Part shown: piece after piece, positions 11,502 to 27,085 of the stretch
Position numbering within the stretch: position 1 is the stretch's first letter
How the letters are laid out: every line of letters starts with the position of its first letter
Source of the DNA: the human T2T-CHM13v2.0 reference genome, Homo sapiens
Assembly (NCBI RefSeq): GCF_009914755.1
Contig: NC_060938.1
DNA: 64,000 nt
Direction: 5' to 3' (one strand)
Program-made: the position numbers and the translations under genes
The notes under the pieces: generated by a model
Databases searched by the model: none
Seen by the model: the letters and a program-made list of their open reading frames with translations, nothing else
Told to the model about the DNA's origin: nothing

Positions 11502-14500
11502 TATAGCAGGCACAATGCTAGGTTGTTTACCAGTCATAGCCCCTTATTTTTCACATGAAGAAACTGGGGCCTAAGATCACAAAGCCAGCACCAATAACAC
11601 ATGGCTCTTGACTCACAGTATCGTTCTCTTCTTGCTAGTGGAGCTAAAATAATAGGAGAGACAAACGTCAGGAGATTGTAACCTCATAATAGAGCCTGAC
11701 TAAATGTGCCAGGGAAAAAAGTGTAGCGTCCTTAAACTGTACAAGTCAGTTTAGCACCAAATCTTTCACTCACCCAGCAAGTAGAAATAGCTGCAAGTTG
11801 CAGCAGGTGGAATTTAGATTCGGTTCAAAGAAGAATTACTTGACAATGTGGGAAGTGAGGTGCTACATTGTTTCCTAGATAATGGCATAAAATAAGAGTG
11901 GGAAATTCAAATCCCCTGAGTTGGGTGTAAATGGTGGCAACTGTGACAAACTGGAGAGAGAGATCATAGTAGAAACTAAGTTCTATACTTAACTTGATTA
12001 CTAGAGAAGCAATGTCTTTTCTTTCTTTCTGGGTCTCGGACACCCTTTTGATTTCAGGTCAAAATCATTTTCTTGAAGTAACGTGAACCCCAATATGGCA
12101 TCATCCTCTTCTACCTATCCATAGAACCTCCTTGATTCTACTTCTTTGTTTTGTCTTTGCAGCTTTAGTCAACAGAGGCTGTTCCCACAGTTCCTCATCC
12201 TTCCCTCAGTTATCTATTTCTGTAGCTCTGGGTCCTGAATTACAGCATTTTCTAACCCTTTGATTTGGCTCTCTTCTGCTCTGAAAAGCATTGGCTCTTT
12301 CACAGTTACTGTACAGTATCCCCACTGTGGCATTTTCTGACTCCCATGCTGGGCCATCTCATCCCCCATCAACAAATCACCTTGCTACCACATGGCCTTT
12401 TGGTAACTGACTTTTATGTAGAATAACATACATGTAGAATGTGTGAGAGAACAATGCAGGCAGGAGCCTGGCTTTGCTCTGCACTGAATATTTAGCACTA
12501 GCATAGTTCTCTGCTGTACAAATAGGAAGTCAATAATACTTGTTGAATTAATAAATATTTATACAGTGCAATTTAATTAATTCCAAGTTTGGCATCTTCT
12601 AAAATTCACATAGGAATTTTCAATGTGGCCAAAAGCCCCACATTTCATAGCAAAATCATGACTTGGCTAATCAGAGAGATAAAAGAAAGAAAGAAAGAAA
12701 AAGCTCTGCCCTTTGCATGTGGCCTGATAAACAATTATGCCCTCCAGACACCAGGGCTGTGAATTCCGCCTTTTTAAACAGGCCCAGAGTCAGCTTATTT
12801 GGAGATTTTCAGCACCGTGGACAGAGGCACCAGGTTACTTTTTATCTGTCACTCCCTGAACAGCAGGATGAAGAACTACTCAGTTTGGGACAGGGCTCTC
12901 AGCCACTGTGGTGAAAATCACCCCCTTTAGCAGAAGGAAATTTACTTAGACCCTTTTTATTTCCCCTTTCCCTTGGAAAAATTGCATTTTCAGTTGTCAA
13001 GGCACTTAGGCTTCTACAAGTTATTTTTCAGGTGCCTGGAGGATGGAAAAGGGTTGCCCTGGAAATTGATATCTTCTTCTGAGTTTGGCTTAACAGGGGA
13101 ACCACCAGTGCCCTTGCGGATGGCTGAGGTGTCTTTTATGCTAGGTATGGCTCTCTTCCAGATAACCAAGTGTAGACAGGAGTAGGCCCAGTTGTTCATG
13201 GAGCATTGGTTTTAGGACTTGACCTAAAAGCTGGGTCATACTATTGCCAGGGCAAGAATTACAAAAGCAGGTAAACTCTGCCAAGATTTTTCTAGTGGAA
13301 CATACACATTCATGGGGATGAATCCTTCCCAAACTTTCAGGTTTTACTGTATTTGGCTGTAAAATTCAAAAGCCAGATTGACTAATTCTCAGTGCCTGTT
13401 AAATTCTTTTAGGAGCAAAGTGATACATTGTCCCCACCCCTGCCTTTCCTAAGAACTCATTTTTTCCCCTACTCATTAGCTGTATTCAAATGCAGAGCTT
13501 TGCTGATGAACAGCAAAGTGGCTTCTTGACTATTGGGTCTCTCACTTTGTCTTCTCCTGGACTCTGTAAGTAGCCCTACTTTCATTTATTTTCTAATCTT
13601 TGATGCCTTTCCTTCATTTTCTTGAAGCACCTTTACTTTTCATAGTCTGTCTCTTTCTTTTTGCCCCTTTTATGGCCATTACACACAAATCTGAGCTGGC
13701 CCTCTTCTCATGGCAATAGACATCCTGGGCTACTTTCATGAGGAAGCTTAGGACAGGAGCTGATGGAGATTAGCCAAAATGTCAGAGTTAGCCTACCCTT
13801 TGACCTGGGCCTGGAGGTGAGGTTTTCTTCTTACACTTACTTTGGAATGAGAAATGAGAGAGTGAAGTTTTCTTCCTACACTTACTTCATGTCAATCTTC
13901 TCAGTGTCTAATTGCTATGATCAGAAATTCAGAGTTATCCCAGGCTGGGTATTTGCATACCACAATGAGAATTGCTACAACTAATGTTGCTTGATGGAAG
14001 GGCAGGAGCTGAAATTTTACCTGAGCCACCAATTTTCTCAAAACCTTGGCCTGAGAGAGAATTCAAGTTTTACCCAGAAGTATCTACATTTTGTTTTTTA
14101 CAAAAGGGCTCATGATAGAGCTCAGTTACCTTCTGCTATCCATCTGTGCCAATCTGAACTGAATCAGAGTATCATTTCCTTTTTTTTGCATGTGCTGGTG
14201 TCTCCTGTGTTGGCCTTTTAGAGTCTGACACGGTATTTGGGACCCTCCATGAGATTGGAAGGAGTTCCATTAAGTGATAGATAAAGATGTAGCCAGTAGA
14301 GGCCAAAGGTACTCAAATACTTTTTATTTAACCTTCTTACTTTTTGTCCTTAGGGAAACTGTAGACACTTTGAGACTGTTTATTTTATGCTTCTTTTCTA
14401 GGAGGTAAAGCTTTTGGGGGAAGGTTTTATGCTTTCAGAATTTTCAGTTAACATTTCTGCTTTGTGATGGTCTCCCAATCCCATCTCCTTCAATGACAGC

Positions 14501-14584
14501 TCCAAAATATCACCAGTTTTTTATTTTTCTTATTCAACCCTAAGTTTTATTGGAGAACCTTATTCCTGCTTCATGGAGAAAACT

Positions 14585-14925
<341 letters not shown>

Positions 14926-14933
14926 TTGATGAT

Positions 14934-14938
<5 letters not shown>

Positions 14939-14984
<46 letters not shown>
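14939..14984. repeat. (GT)23 microsatellite
   Basis: Perfect GT dinucleotide run read directly. Confidence 0.98.
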
Positions 14985-14987
<3 letters not shown>

Positions 14988-15665
14988 AGTTCTCCAGCCC
15001 CCTTAGAAAGATTCTTTCTTCCACACCAATTCTCATTTCCTTTTCTTCAGGTTTAGAGATGACTTCTCTCATTCAAGACCAGTTCCTTCTCTCCTATCTT
15101 TCAGGAGATTTCTCTATAATTCATTCTCTCTCTCCACACTCACCCCACCCCACTACATGATCTTCAACCTCTCCCTCTCTCTTCTCTACTTGTCTTCATT
15201 CTGTCAGCTTAGAATCATCTTTCCTGTGTTCCCACCTAGCAAATATCCTTTCTTTGACGCCACATCTCTTTAGCTCCCATCTTTGTTTATCTTCGCTTTC
15301 TTCTTCTTTTTTTTTTCCTTCGTATCCAAATCATCATTCATTACACAACTCATTGAAATCTGAATTATCTTTCTTTTCATCCAATGAATCATGCCTAGGT
15401 CAATGATTTATTTTTCCACCAAACTTGCTATTCTTCGAGTATTTACCATTTCTGCATGTGACACCACTATCTATCTCAGCTAGCTGTCTCAGAAACGTCA
15501 CATCTTCCACACCCATCAAGCTCTAATTACTTTCTTCCTCAACAGCTCTCAATTTCCTGTCCTCTCTATTTCTGCTACCACTGCCTATATTCTGAGCTTT
15601 GTTGTTTCTTACTATGCCACTACATCAGTCTCCCAACTGATATCTCTCTCTCTCTCCCTCCAGCC

Positions 15666-15913
15666 TTTTTTTTTTTTTTTTTTGAGATGGAGTCTTGCTC
15701 TGTCGCCCAGGGTGGAGTGCAGTGGTGCGATCTTGGCTCACTGCAACTTCTGCCTCCAGGTGATTCTCCTGCCTCAGCCTCCCAAGTAGCTGGGACTACA
15801 GCCACCACGCCCGGCTAATTTTTGTATTTTTAGTAGAGACAGGGTTTCGCCACATTGGTCAGGCTGGTCTCAAACTCCTGACCTCAGGTGATCCGCCCGC
15901 CTCAGCCTCCCAA
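15666..15913 (-). mobile_element. AluSx-type, 5'-truncated, two small internal deletions
   Basis: Poly-T then reverse Alu body ending CCTCCCAA; flanking direct repeat CCTCCAGC (15657-15664, 15914-15921). Confidence 0.93.
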
Positions 15914-16581
15914 CCTCCAGCTCTCTTCTAGTTGTTTATCCTCCTGTATCACTAGTGTACACCCTCACTCATATTCACTGTGTAAAATGCAAAGCTGACC
16001 TGATTAAAATCTGTGTTACCTTCCTATTTCCTGTGGGGTAATAGTCCAATCTTCTGTATAAGGCTGTCCACGATCCATCTCCTGCCATTTTTCCTGCTTT
16101 TTGTTCCAACCATCATTTACCTTGCTGTTCACCCTCCACAACACCCACAGTTGCTAGTGGTTCCCTGTATTTGATACGCTGTTTCTCATGTTTGCGGTTT
16201 GTGGGAGCCTTCCCCTTTGCCAATATTGGCATTTGCCTATTTTCTTAGTTAACTCGTGGTCATCTGTTGAAAATCAGCTCGATATCATCTCTCCAGGAAG
16301 CCCTCCCCGCATTTCTGCACTCACTTTCTCCATCCGTTACCAAGGTTGAAGCACCTTCCTTTCTGTTGGTATAAAGTACCATGCATATGGCCACTATGGC
16401 CATTGCACTCATGGTACTGAGTTACCTGTTTTTGTATTTTTTTTCCTCAATGTGCCTCCATACTCAGTACATCATTTTTTTCTATAGTACTGGGCAAGGT
16501 TCTTGACACACATGAGCTGCTTAATTAAGTTTAATGTATTTATGACAAATTTAGAGCAGGTTTGAAGAAATTCAGGCTTTT

Positions 16582-16622
16582 CCCCATTAAGTAATGGTGC
16601 ACCCCATTAAGTAATGGTGCAC
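16582..16622. repeat. Perfect 20-bp tandem duplication
   Basis: CCCCATTAAGTAATGGTGCA x2. Confidence 0.97.
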
Positions 16623-17964
16623 TTTGGGAGAAATGGGCTGAAAAAGTTTTAACGATAGCTTTTGCAGCCTATTTGCCCCAATTGTGTAAATACTAATTTA
16701 AAACCAAATGACTTCTAGAAAGTCTGTAGTCAGTCTTCACCATTGGGAGATAATGAGGCAACATGGATTTTGCTGCCTCTCTCTTAAATAACATGAATCT
16801 ACTGTGGAGACTTTTAAGCCTATGATGATATTTTATATCAAAACTGAGATAAATAAAAAATGTTCACTGACAATAATGACTATAGATAAATGCTGTCAGT
16901 TGTAAGGAAGTGTCAATCACAGACAGACGTCAGTGGATCTGTGAGGGCCACACTGAATTTTTGCATGTGTAAACTGTATAAAATAAGATTTTAAAGAATG
17001 TCATAATCATATTCAGAAAGTGGAATGAGTGTGCATCTGAATGGCTGCCCAATCTATAACGAATATTCTATCTACAGGGCAATAAGCAGAAAAGGTGATG
17101 CAGAGCAGCCAGCCAGATACTATCATCCTCATTTCTTTAACATGTATTTCTAGATCCTTTTTTGCTCAGAACATTGTTATGGCATTCCTCAGAACGCTTT
17201 TAGTCTCTCTCTTTCTCTTTTATACTTAAAATTCTAAACCAGATTCTGGTGTAGAGTTCTGAGATTATCACTGTGCCACAGTGCCATTCAACATTCCTGG
17301 GATTACATTTTTCTTTACAAAAGGTAGCACTTTGGTATTCCCCTAGGACCCTCAGATTCTCCTTTTTTCTTTTCATTGCTGCTTACCAGAAACAGGTGCT
17401 CCTCAACCTGTATTTGTGCAGTATTTTTTGCAATAGGCAATTATATGTACTTTTAGTGATAATAGTTGTTTGTACATTAACAATAGTTTCACTTTTAAAA
17501 TTGGTGTATTTTCCCCTTCCGCATATGTGTATGTACACAAAGGAATACAAACAAGGACAGACCTGATTGTTCCTTTGTTATAAGTAAAGACCATCTAATT
17601 ATAATAAAGCACAATTAATAATTGTGTGTAATGAGCAAATTAGAGCAATAATACAAGAAAATGAGAGGCAATTCCTTGAAATGTTTCTGTCTTATCTTTT
17701 AATTGAAAAAAAAAAAAAAGCCTTCCATTTCCCTCAGGTAGAGTGAAACTGACAACTGAGCTGCCCTGCTTCTGCCAAATATGAAGATATCTAAGACTCT
17801 GCTTCTCTGTTTACTGGGCAAAGTCCTGGAGGGAGAGTGGGGAGGGGAAAGGAAGAAGTCTGTTGAACTTGGGGCTTAGTTTCACTCTGGATTATGTGGC
17901 AAATTGATTTTGATAACAGGCACCTCCCCATTCATACCTATGTTATTCTTAGGATTATGCAGTA

Positions 17965-18450
17965 AAATAGTTTAATAGTAAAAGGATAGAACTTTGGTGT
18001 TAGAAAGACCTAATTTCTGGTCCTGACTTTGCCACTTTACTAATTTGTGGTTTTAAGAAGCTACTTAAGTATTCCAAGATGTAGTTATAGGTCACATGGT
18101 TTTTGTGACACTTAATTGGATAGTGCTTACTTCAAGGCCTAGCATGTAGCCAGGGCTCCATCAATATTCTCTATGAGAGAAAGAGGAGGAGGAAAAGACT
18201 AAAAAGTCCGAAGGATGATATGATGTAGTTGAAAGAGGATGCACTTAGACACTTAAATCCTGTATTCGTTTCTTACTGTCTGTATTGTGTTGGGTAAAGC
18301 AACTTGAACTTTCAAACTCACCATTTTCCAAATCTATTAAAAAATGGATAATCATGCTTAATATAGAACAGTTCTGAGAATTAGGTAAGAAAATGTCTAT
18401 GTAAGTGCCTAGTGCCACATCTTGCCATTAGTAAGAACCAAGAAATGCTA
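17965..18450 (+). mobile_element. Two MIR SINEs in tandem
   Basis: MIR-like head and tail motifs at ~17965-18170 and ~18220-18450. Confidence 0.6.
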
Positions 18451-18619
18451 TTTGTGGTGGGATGCCATTGATGTTGGGTAGAGCTTAGCTATGATTTATG
18501 ATACTCCCAAGAGACTTTTTTTTTAATCGTGTGAAGCCATGTGTTCTATTCTGCTCAACGTTCTCATCAGACTCATGATTCCTAATTCTTAAAGCAAAAA
18601 ATGGGGTCTGAGAGTGTTT

Positions 18620-18995
18620 CGTGGCATGACAGTTGTGGTCAGAACCCCTCCCATATTCCCTTATTCTCACCAAGTCAATGCAACTTCGATCAGGCATGCA
18701 TTTTTCTGCCTGGGGGCTTGCTCTTTGCTAATGGATCTGCTTTGTATCCTGTGCTATAGACCAGAAGTGCAGAGAAATTAATGTCCTCTTTCCTCAGTGT
18801 TCATCAAACAATGGCTGGTGTTGTTTTCTACTGGCTCCTAGACCTTCCTCAGTGAGCTAAAATTCCATTTTCCCTAGATAGTAGCTGGCTCTTGCCCCGT
18901 CTGTAGGTCACATCCCCGCATCACGTTCCTAATAATCTACCTGCACTTCACTCTTGGTCTGAAGGTTTGCTTCTGAGGAAACCCAAACTAAGGCA
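18620..18995 (+). mobile_element. LTR16-type ERVL solo LTR
   Basis: 3' end TTTGCTTCTGAGGAAACCCAAACTAAGGCA and internal CCAGAAGTGCAGAGAAATTAA typical of LTR16; start uncertain. Confidence 0.6.
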
Positions 18996-19389
18996 TGGGG
19001 CTACTCTAGTAAGCCAGCCCAGTGATGTTTATGGTGAATTATCATAAGTAGATCTCGATACCAGGATTTGTATTATATTGTACAGAACTGGTTATAATAG
19101 AACTAGCTCTAGCTGGTCTGAGGCTTAATATGTAGATTGAAATAAACATGCCTGAGACCTACAGATTATTTTTCTTTTTTTTTTTTATTATACTTTAAGT
19201 TCTAGGGTACATGTGCACAACGTGCAGATTTGATACATAGGTATACATGTGCCATGTTGGTTTGCTGCACCCATCAACTCATCATTTACATTAGGTATTT
19301 CTCTTAATGCTATCCCTCCCCCAGCCCCCCACCCATGACAGGCCCCAGTGTGTGATGTTCCCCGGCCTGTGTCCAAGTGAACTCAATGT

Positions 19390-23224
<3,835 letters not shown>

Positions 23225-23287
23225 TATGATATTCACTGGTTATTTTGCCCATTAATTGATGCAGTTTCTTCATACCATCAATGGTCT

Positions 23288-24308
23288 TTACAATTTGGCA
23301 TGTTTTTGCAGTGGCTGGTACCAGTTGTCTCTTTCCATGTTTAGTGCTTCCTTCAGGAGCTCTTGTAAGACAGGTCTGGTGGTGACAAAATCTCTCAGTG
23401 TTTGGTTGTCTGTAAAGGATTTTATTTCTCCTTCACTTATGAAGCTTAGTTTGGCTGGATATGAAATTCTGGGTTGAAAATTCTTTTATTTTAGAATGTT
23501 GAATATTGGCCTCCACTCTCTTCTGGCTTGTAATGTTTCTGCTGAGAGATCTGCTGTTACTCTCATGGGCTTCCCTTTGTGGGTAACTCGGCTTTTCTCT
23601 CTGGCTACCCTTAACACTTTTCCCTTCATTTCAACCTTGGTGAATCTGACAATTATGTGTCTGGGGTTGCTCTTCTTGAGGAGTATCTTTGTGATGTTGT
23701 CTATATTTCCTGAATTTGAATGTTGGCCTGCCTTGCTAGGTTGGGGAAGTTCTGGATAATATCCTGAAGAGTGTTTTCCAACATGGTTCCATTCTCCCCA
23801 TCACTTTCAGGGAAACCAATCAGACGTAGATTTGGTCTTTTCACATACTCCCATATTTCTTTGAGGCTTTGTTCATTTCTTTTTACTCTTTTTTCCCTAA
23901 CCTTGTCTTCTTGCTTTATTTCATTAATTTGATCTTCAATCACTGATACCCTTTCTTCCACTTGATTGAATCAGCTATTGAAACTTGTGTATGCATCATG
24001 AAGTTCTCGTGCCATGATTTTCAGCTCCATCAGGTCATTTAAGGTCTTCTCTCACTGTTTGTTCTAGTTAGCCATTCATGTAATATTTTTTCAAGGTTCT
24101 TAGCTTCCTTGCGATGGGTTCTAACATCCTCCTTTAGCTTGGAGACGTTTGTTATTACCGACCTTCTGAAGCCTACTTCTGTCAACTCGTCAAAGTCATT
24201 CTCCATCCAGCTTTGTTCCGTTGTTGGTGAGGAGCTGTGATCCTTTGGAGGAGAAGAGGCACTCTGATTTTTAGAATTTTCAGCTTTCCTGCTCTGGTTT
24301 CTCCCCAC
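23288..24308 (-). pseudogene. L1 ORF1p, frameshifted
   Basis: MGRNQSRKAENSKNQSASSPPK start; EQSLKEIWEYVKRPNLRLIG fragment; stop TAA at 23288-23290. Confidence 0.95.
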
Positions 24309-24516
24309 CTTTGTGCTTTCATCCCACCTTTGGTCTTTGATGTTGGTGACCTACAGATGGGGTTTTGGTGTAGATGACCTTTCTGTTGATGTTGATGCTA
24401 TTCTTTTCTGTTTGTTAGTTTTCCTTCTAACAGTCTGGTCCCTCAGCTGCAGGTCTATTGGAGTTTGCTGGAGGTCCACTCAAGACCATGTTTGCCTGGG
24501 TATCACCAGCAGAGGC

Positions 24517-24587
24517 TGCAGAACAGCAAATATTGCAGAACAGCAAATATTGCAGAACAGCAAATACTGCAGGAAAGCAAATATTGC
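24517..24587. repeat. 4 x 17-bp tandem repeat in L1 5'UTR
   Basis: TGCAGAACAGCAAATAT x2, TGCAGAACAGCAAATAC, TGCAGGAAAGCAAATAT. Confidence 0.95.
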
Positions 24588-24957
24588 TGCCTGATTCTTC
24601 CTCTGGAAGCTTCGTTCCAGAGGGGCAGCTGCCTATATGAGGTGTCTGTCATCCCCTACTGGGAGGTGTCTCCCAGTTAGGCTACACGGGGGTCAGGGAC
24701 CAACTTGAGGAGGCAGTCTGTCCATTCTCAGAGCCCAAACACTGTGCTGAGAGAACCACTGCTCTCTTCAGAGCTGTCAGACAGGGACGTTTAAGTCTGC
24801 ACAAGTTGTCTGCTGCCTTTTCTTCAGCTGTGCCCTGCCCATAGCTGATGTGGAGTGTAGAGGTGGAGTCTAGAGGCAGTAGGCCTTCTTGAGCTGTGGT
24901 GGGCTCTGCCCAGTTTGAGCTTCCAGGCCACTTTGTTTACCTACTCAAGCCTCAGCA

Positions 24958-25050
24958 ATGGCAGATGCCCCTCCCCCAGCCAGGCTGCCACCTTGCAGTT
25001 CAATCTCAGACTGTTGCGCTAGCAGTGAGCAAGGCTCTGTGGGTGTGTGA
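24958..25050 (+). pseudogene. L1 ORF0 homolog truncated at 30 aa
   Basis: Translates MADAPPPARLPPCSSISDCCASSEQGSVGV*, matching the ORF0 N-terminus (MAGAPPPASLPPCSLISDCCASNQRDSVGV). Confidence 0.85.
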
Positions 25051-26419
25051 CCCATCGAGCCAGGCACAGGAGAGAATCTCCTTGTCTGCCAGTTGCTAAG
25101 ACCTTGGGAAAAGTGCAGTATTTGGGCGGGAGTGTCCCGTTTTTTCCAGGTAGTCTGTCATGGCTTCCCTTGGCTAGGAAAGGGAAATCCCCTGACCCCT
25201 TGCACTTCCTGGGTGAGGCGATGCCCCACCCTACTTCAGCTTGCCCTCCATGGGCTACACCCACTGTCTAACCAGTCCCAGTAAGATGAACCAGGTACCT
25301 CAGTTGGAAATGCAGAAATCACCCATCTTCTGCATCGATCACACTGGGAGCTGCAGACTGGAGCTGTTACTATTTGGCCATCTTGGAATACCCACTCCAG
25401 ATTTCTTTTCTTAAAATAATACCTTTCTAAATACCTGTTGGAGTGCTTGAGTTGGTAGGGGCTATGGGAATGTCATCTGACTGATTTTGTCAGAGGACTT
25501 TGTGGATTTGAGACAGGGTGGGTAGGAGAGGATCATCACATTGATTCCAGAACTAAACTTAGGGCTTGAGGTCACTTTAGGTGGGGTAGAAGTGGGGATA
25601 TCTGGCATACTATGAGATTTAGAGGGCCACTGTAGCCTCATAGGTACTCAGACTTTATAGTGTTGGTTTAATTAGGGATTTTCTTAAGCTGGCTGCCCTG
25701 ATTCAAGGTGATGGTTATCTGAGCACCAGGTAAGGCCTGGGAAGGGTAGAGGCAATATGGCTAGATGTCCATTTCCTATAATCTCTAAATTTGTATGAAT
25801 TGATGCATTCATGATCTGAGATCATAAATGAAGTCCATAAAGTCCATAAACCTCCTGATATTTTATGTAAAACTTAATGCATATGTACACTTTTCTAGAG
25901 AGGAAGTCTTGAGCTTTTGGATTTTAACAGGTGTCCTCAACATATTGAAAACTGCTTCAGCTTGATGTCCAATTTCAGTGCTAACAATTGTTGCAGAAGT
26001 GTTTTTGAGCACTAATCATATCAATTGCAATAATGGTGCTCCTTGGGGTCTCAGGTGAGCTGAGACTTGGAGCCTTGGGATCCAGAACTCACCCTTAAAT
26101 AAGCATAGCATCTCTCTTGGTGGGGGTCTGTGGAGGTACAGGGAGGTTGGAGAGAGTTGGCATTACCCAATTTAGTGAGGTTAAGATAAACACTGCAGAG
26201 TAATCCATGGCTGACCTCAGTGATGAGTTATCCATTTTGCAATCTGGCCTTTTATTACATTGCTGTTGACTTTGTTGTTGTTGTTATTGTTACATGTTTG
26301 TTTTTCTTTGGATATCAATGCTTTTATGGGAATTATTTCTCATTTCGTTAATCCTAGCCTAGTTTCCTTCAAAAGGGTCTTGAGTGCAGGTAGCCTCTTC
26401 AGGGTAGAGTAAAACAACA

Positions 26420-26834
26420 AAAAAGTCAAAGCCGGAATCAAGGGTGTGTTTTCTATCATACAGAATATTATGATGGACCACTGAGGCTCAGTGCCACTAG
26501 GGACTCTCTTGGGAGGTGCATAGAATGAATATTAAAACTCTCTGCCTGAAAGATGGAATAAGGCAGAATGTATTTACTGTTCCCATTTCCCCTTGGCCAA
26601 GGATTACTTCATGGGGCATTAACTGTCTTACATTTCCAGGTTTACTCAGATGCCCTGCAGGTTCCCACAGGCTTCCTGCATGCTGATAGCAGAGGAGCCC
26701 TGGGGCACACCATGAGAGATACATGATACAGCTCAGGCAAATGCTATCAAGTTATACCAAAGGCACCTCTTTGCAGCAGCTGGCATGCAAAAGTGAACAG
26801 AGAGGATATGAGGGCACAAGAGGTGTCTCATACA
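26420..26834 (-). mobile_element. LTR16-like ERVL LTR
   Basis: Reverse LTR16-like motifs (GGGGCATTAACTGTCTTACATTTCCAGG; GAGGGCACAAGAGGTGTCTCATACA end). Confidence 0.45.
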
Positions 26835-26869
26835 CCTTCTCCATTCTAGCATCTCTCCTCACTGAGACC

Positions 26870-27085
26870 ATGGTAATCTTAACTTGTAGGCATGCAGTGT
26901 TAATAAATGAAGCCAAAGTGCTGGATTTGATCCCTATGTAGGTCACTTAGCTGCCCACAGTGAAAAGTAGCACCATGGACATCAAAGTGAACAAACCCCT
27001 GCCTGAGTACTTATTTCCATGGATCAAAAGGATGGGGAAATGCTGATGGAGAGTTGAACTTTATAATCGGGAAAAGTCCATTCAA
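26870..27085 (+). mobile_element. MamSINE1-like tRNA-derived SINE remnant
   Basis: Degenerate tRNA 3' half (GAAGCCAAAGTGCTGGATTTGATCCCTATGTAGGTCACTTAGCT) followed by a MamSINE1-like body. Confidence 0.5.

Larger units (their letters stand above)
24309..25397 (-). promoter_or_regulatory. L1 5'UTR with internal sense promoter and antisense promoter region
   Basis: Full 5'UTR retained, including the YY1-type CAAGATGGCC at the 5' end; many CpGs decayed, so activity is unknown. Confidence 0.75.

Noticed and set aside
24517-24587. CRISPR-like array
   Set aside because: Head-to-tail units without spacers, inside a primate L1; no cas genes
25770-25960. Possible old hAT-Charlie MITE fragment
   Set aside because: Similarity too weak to name a family or set boundaries
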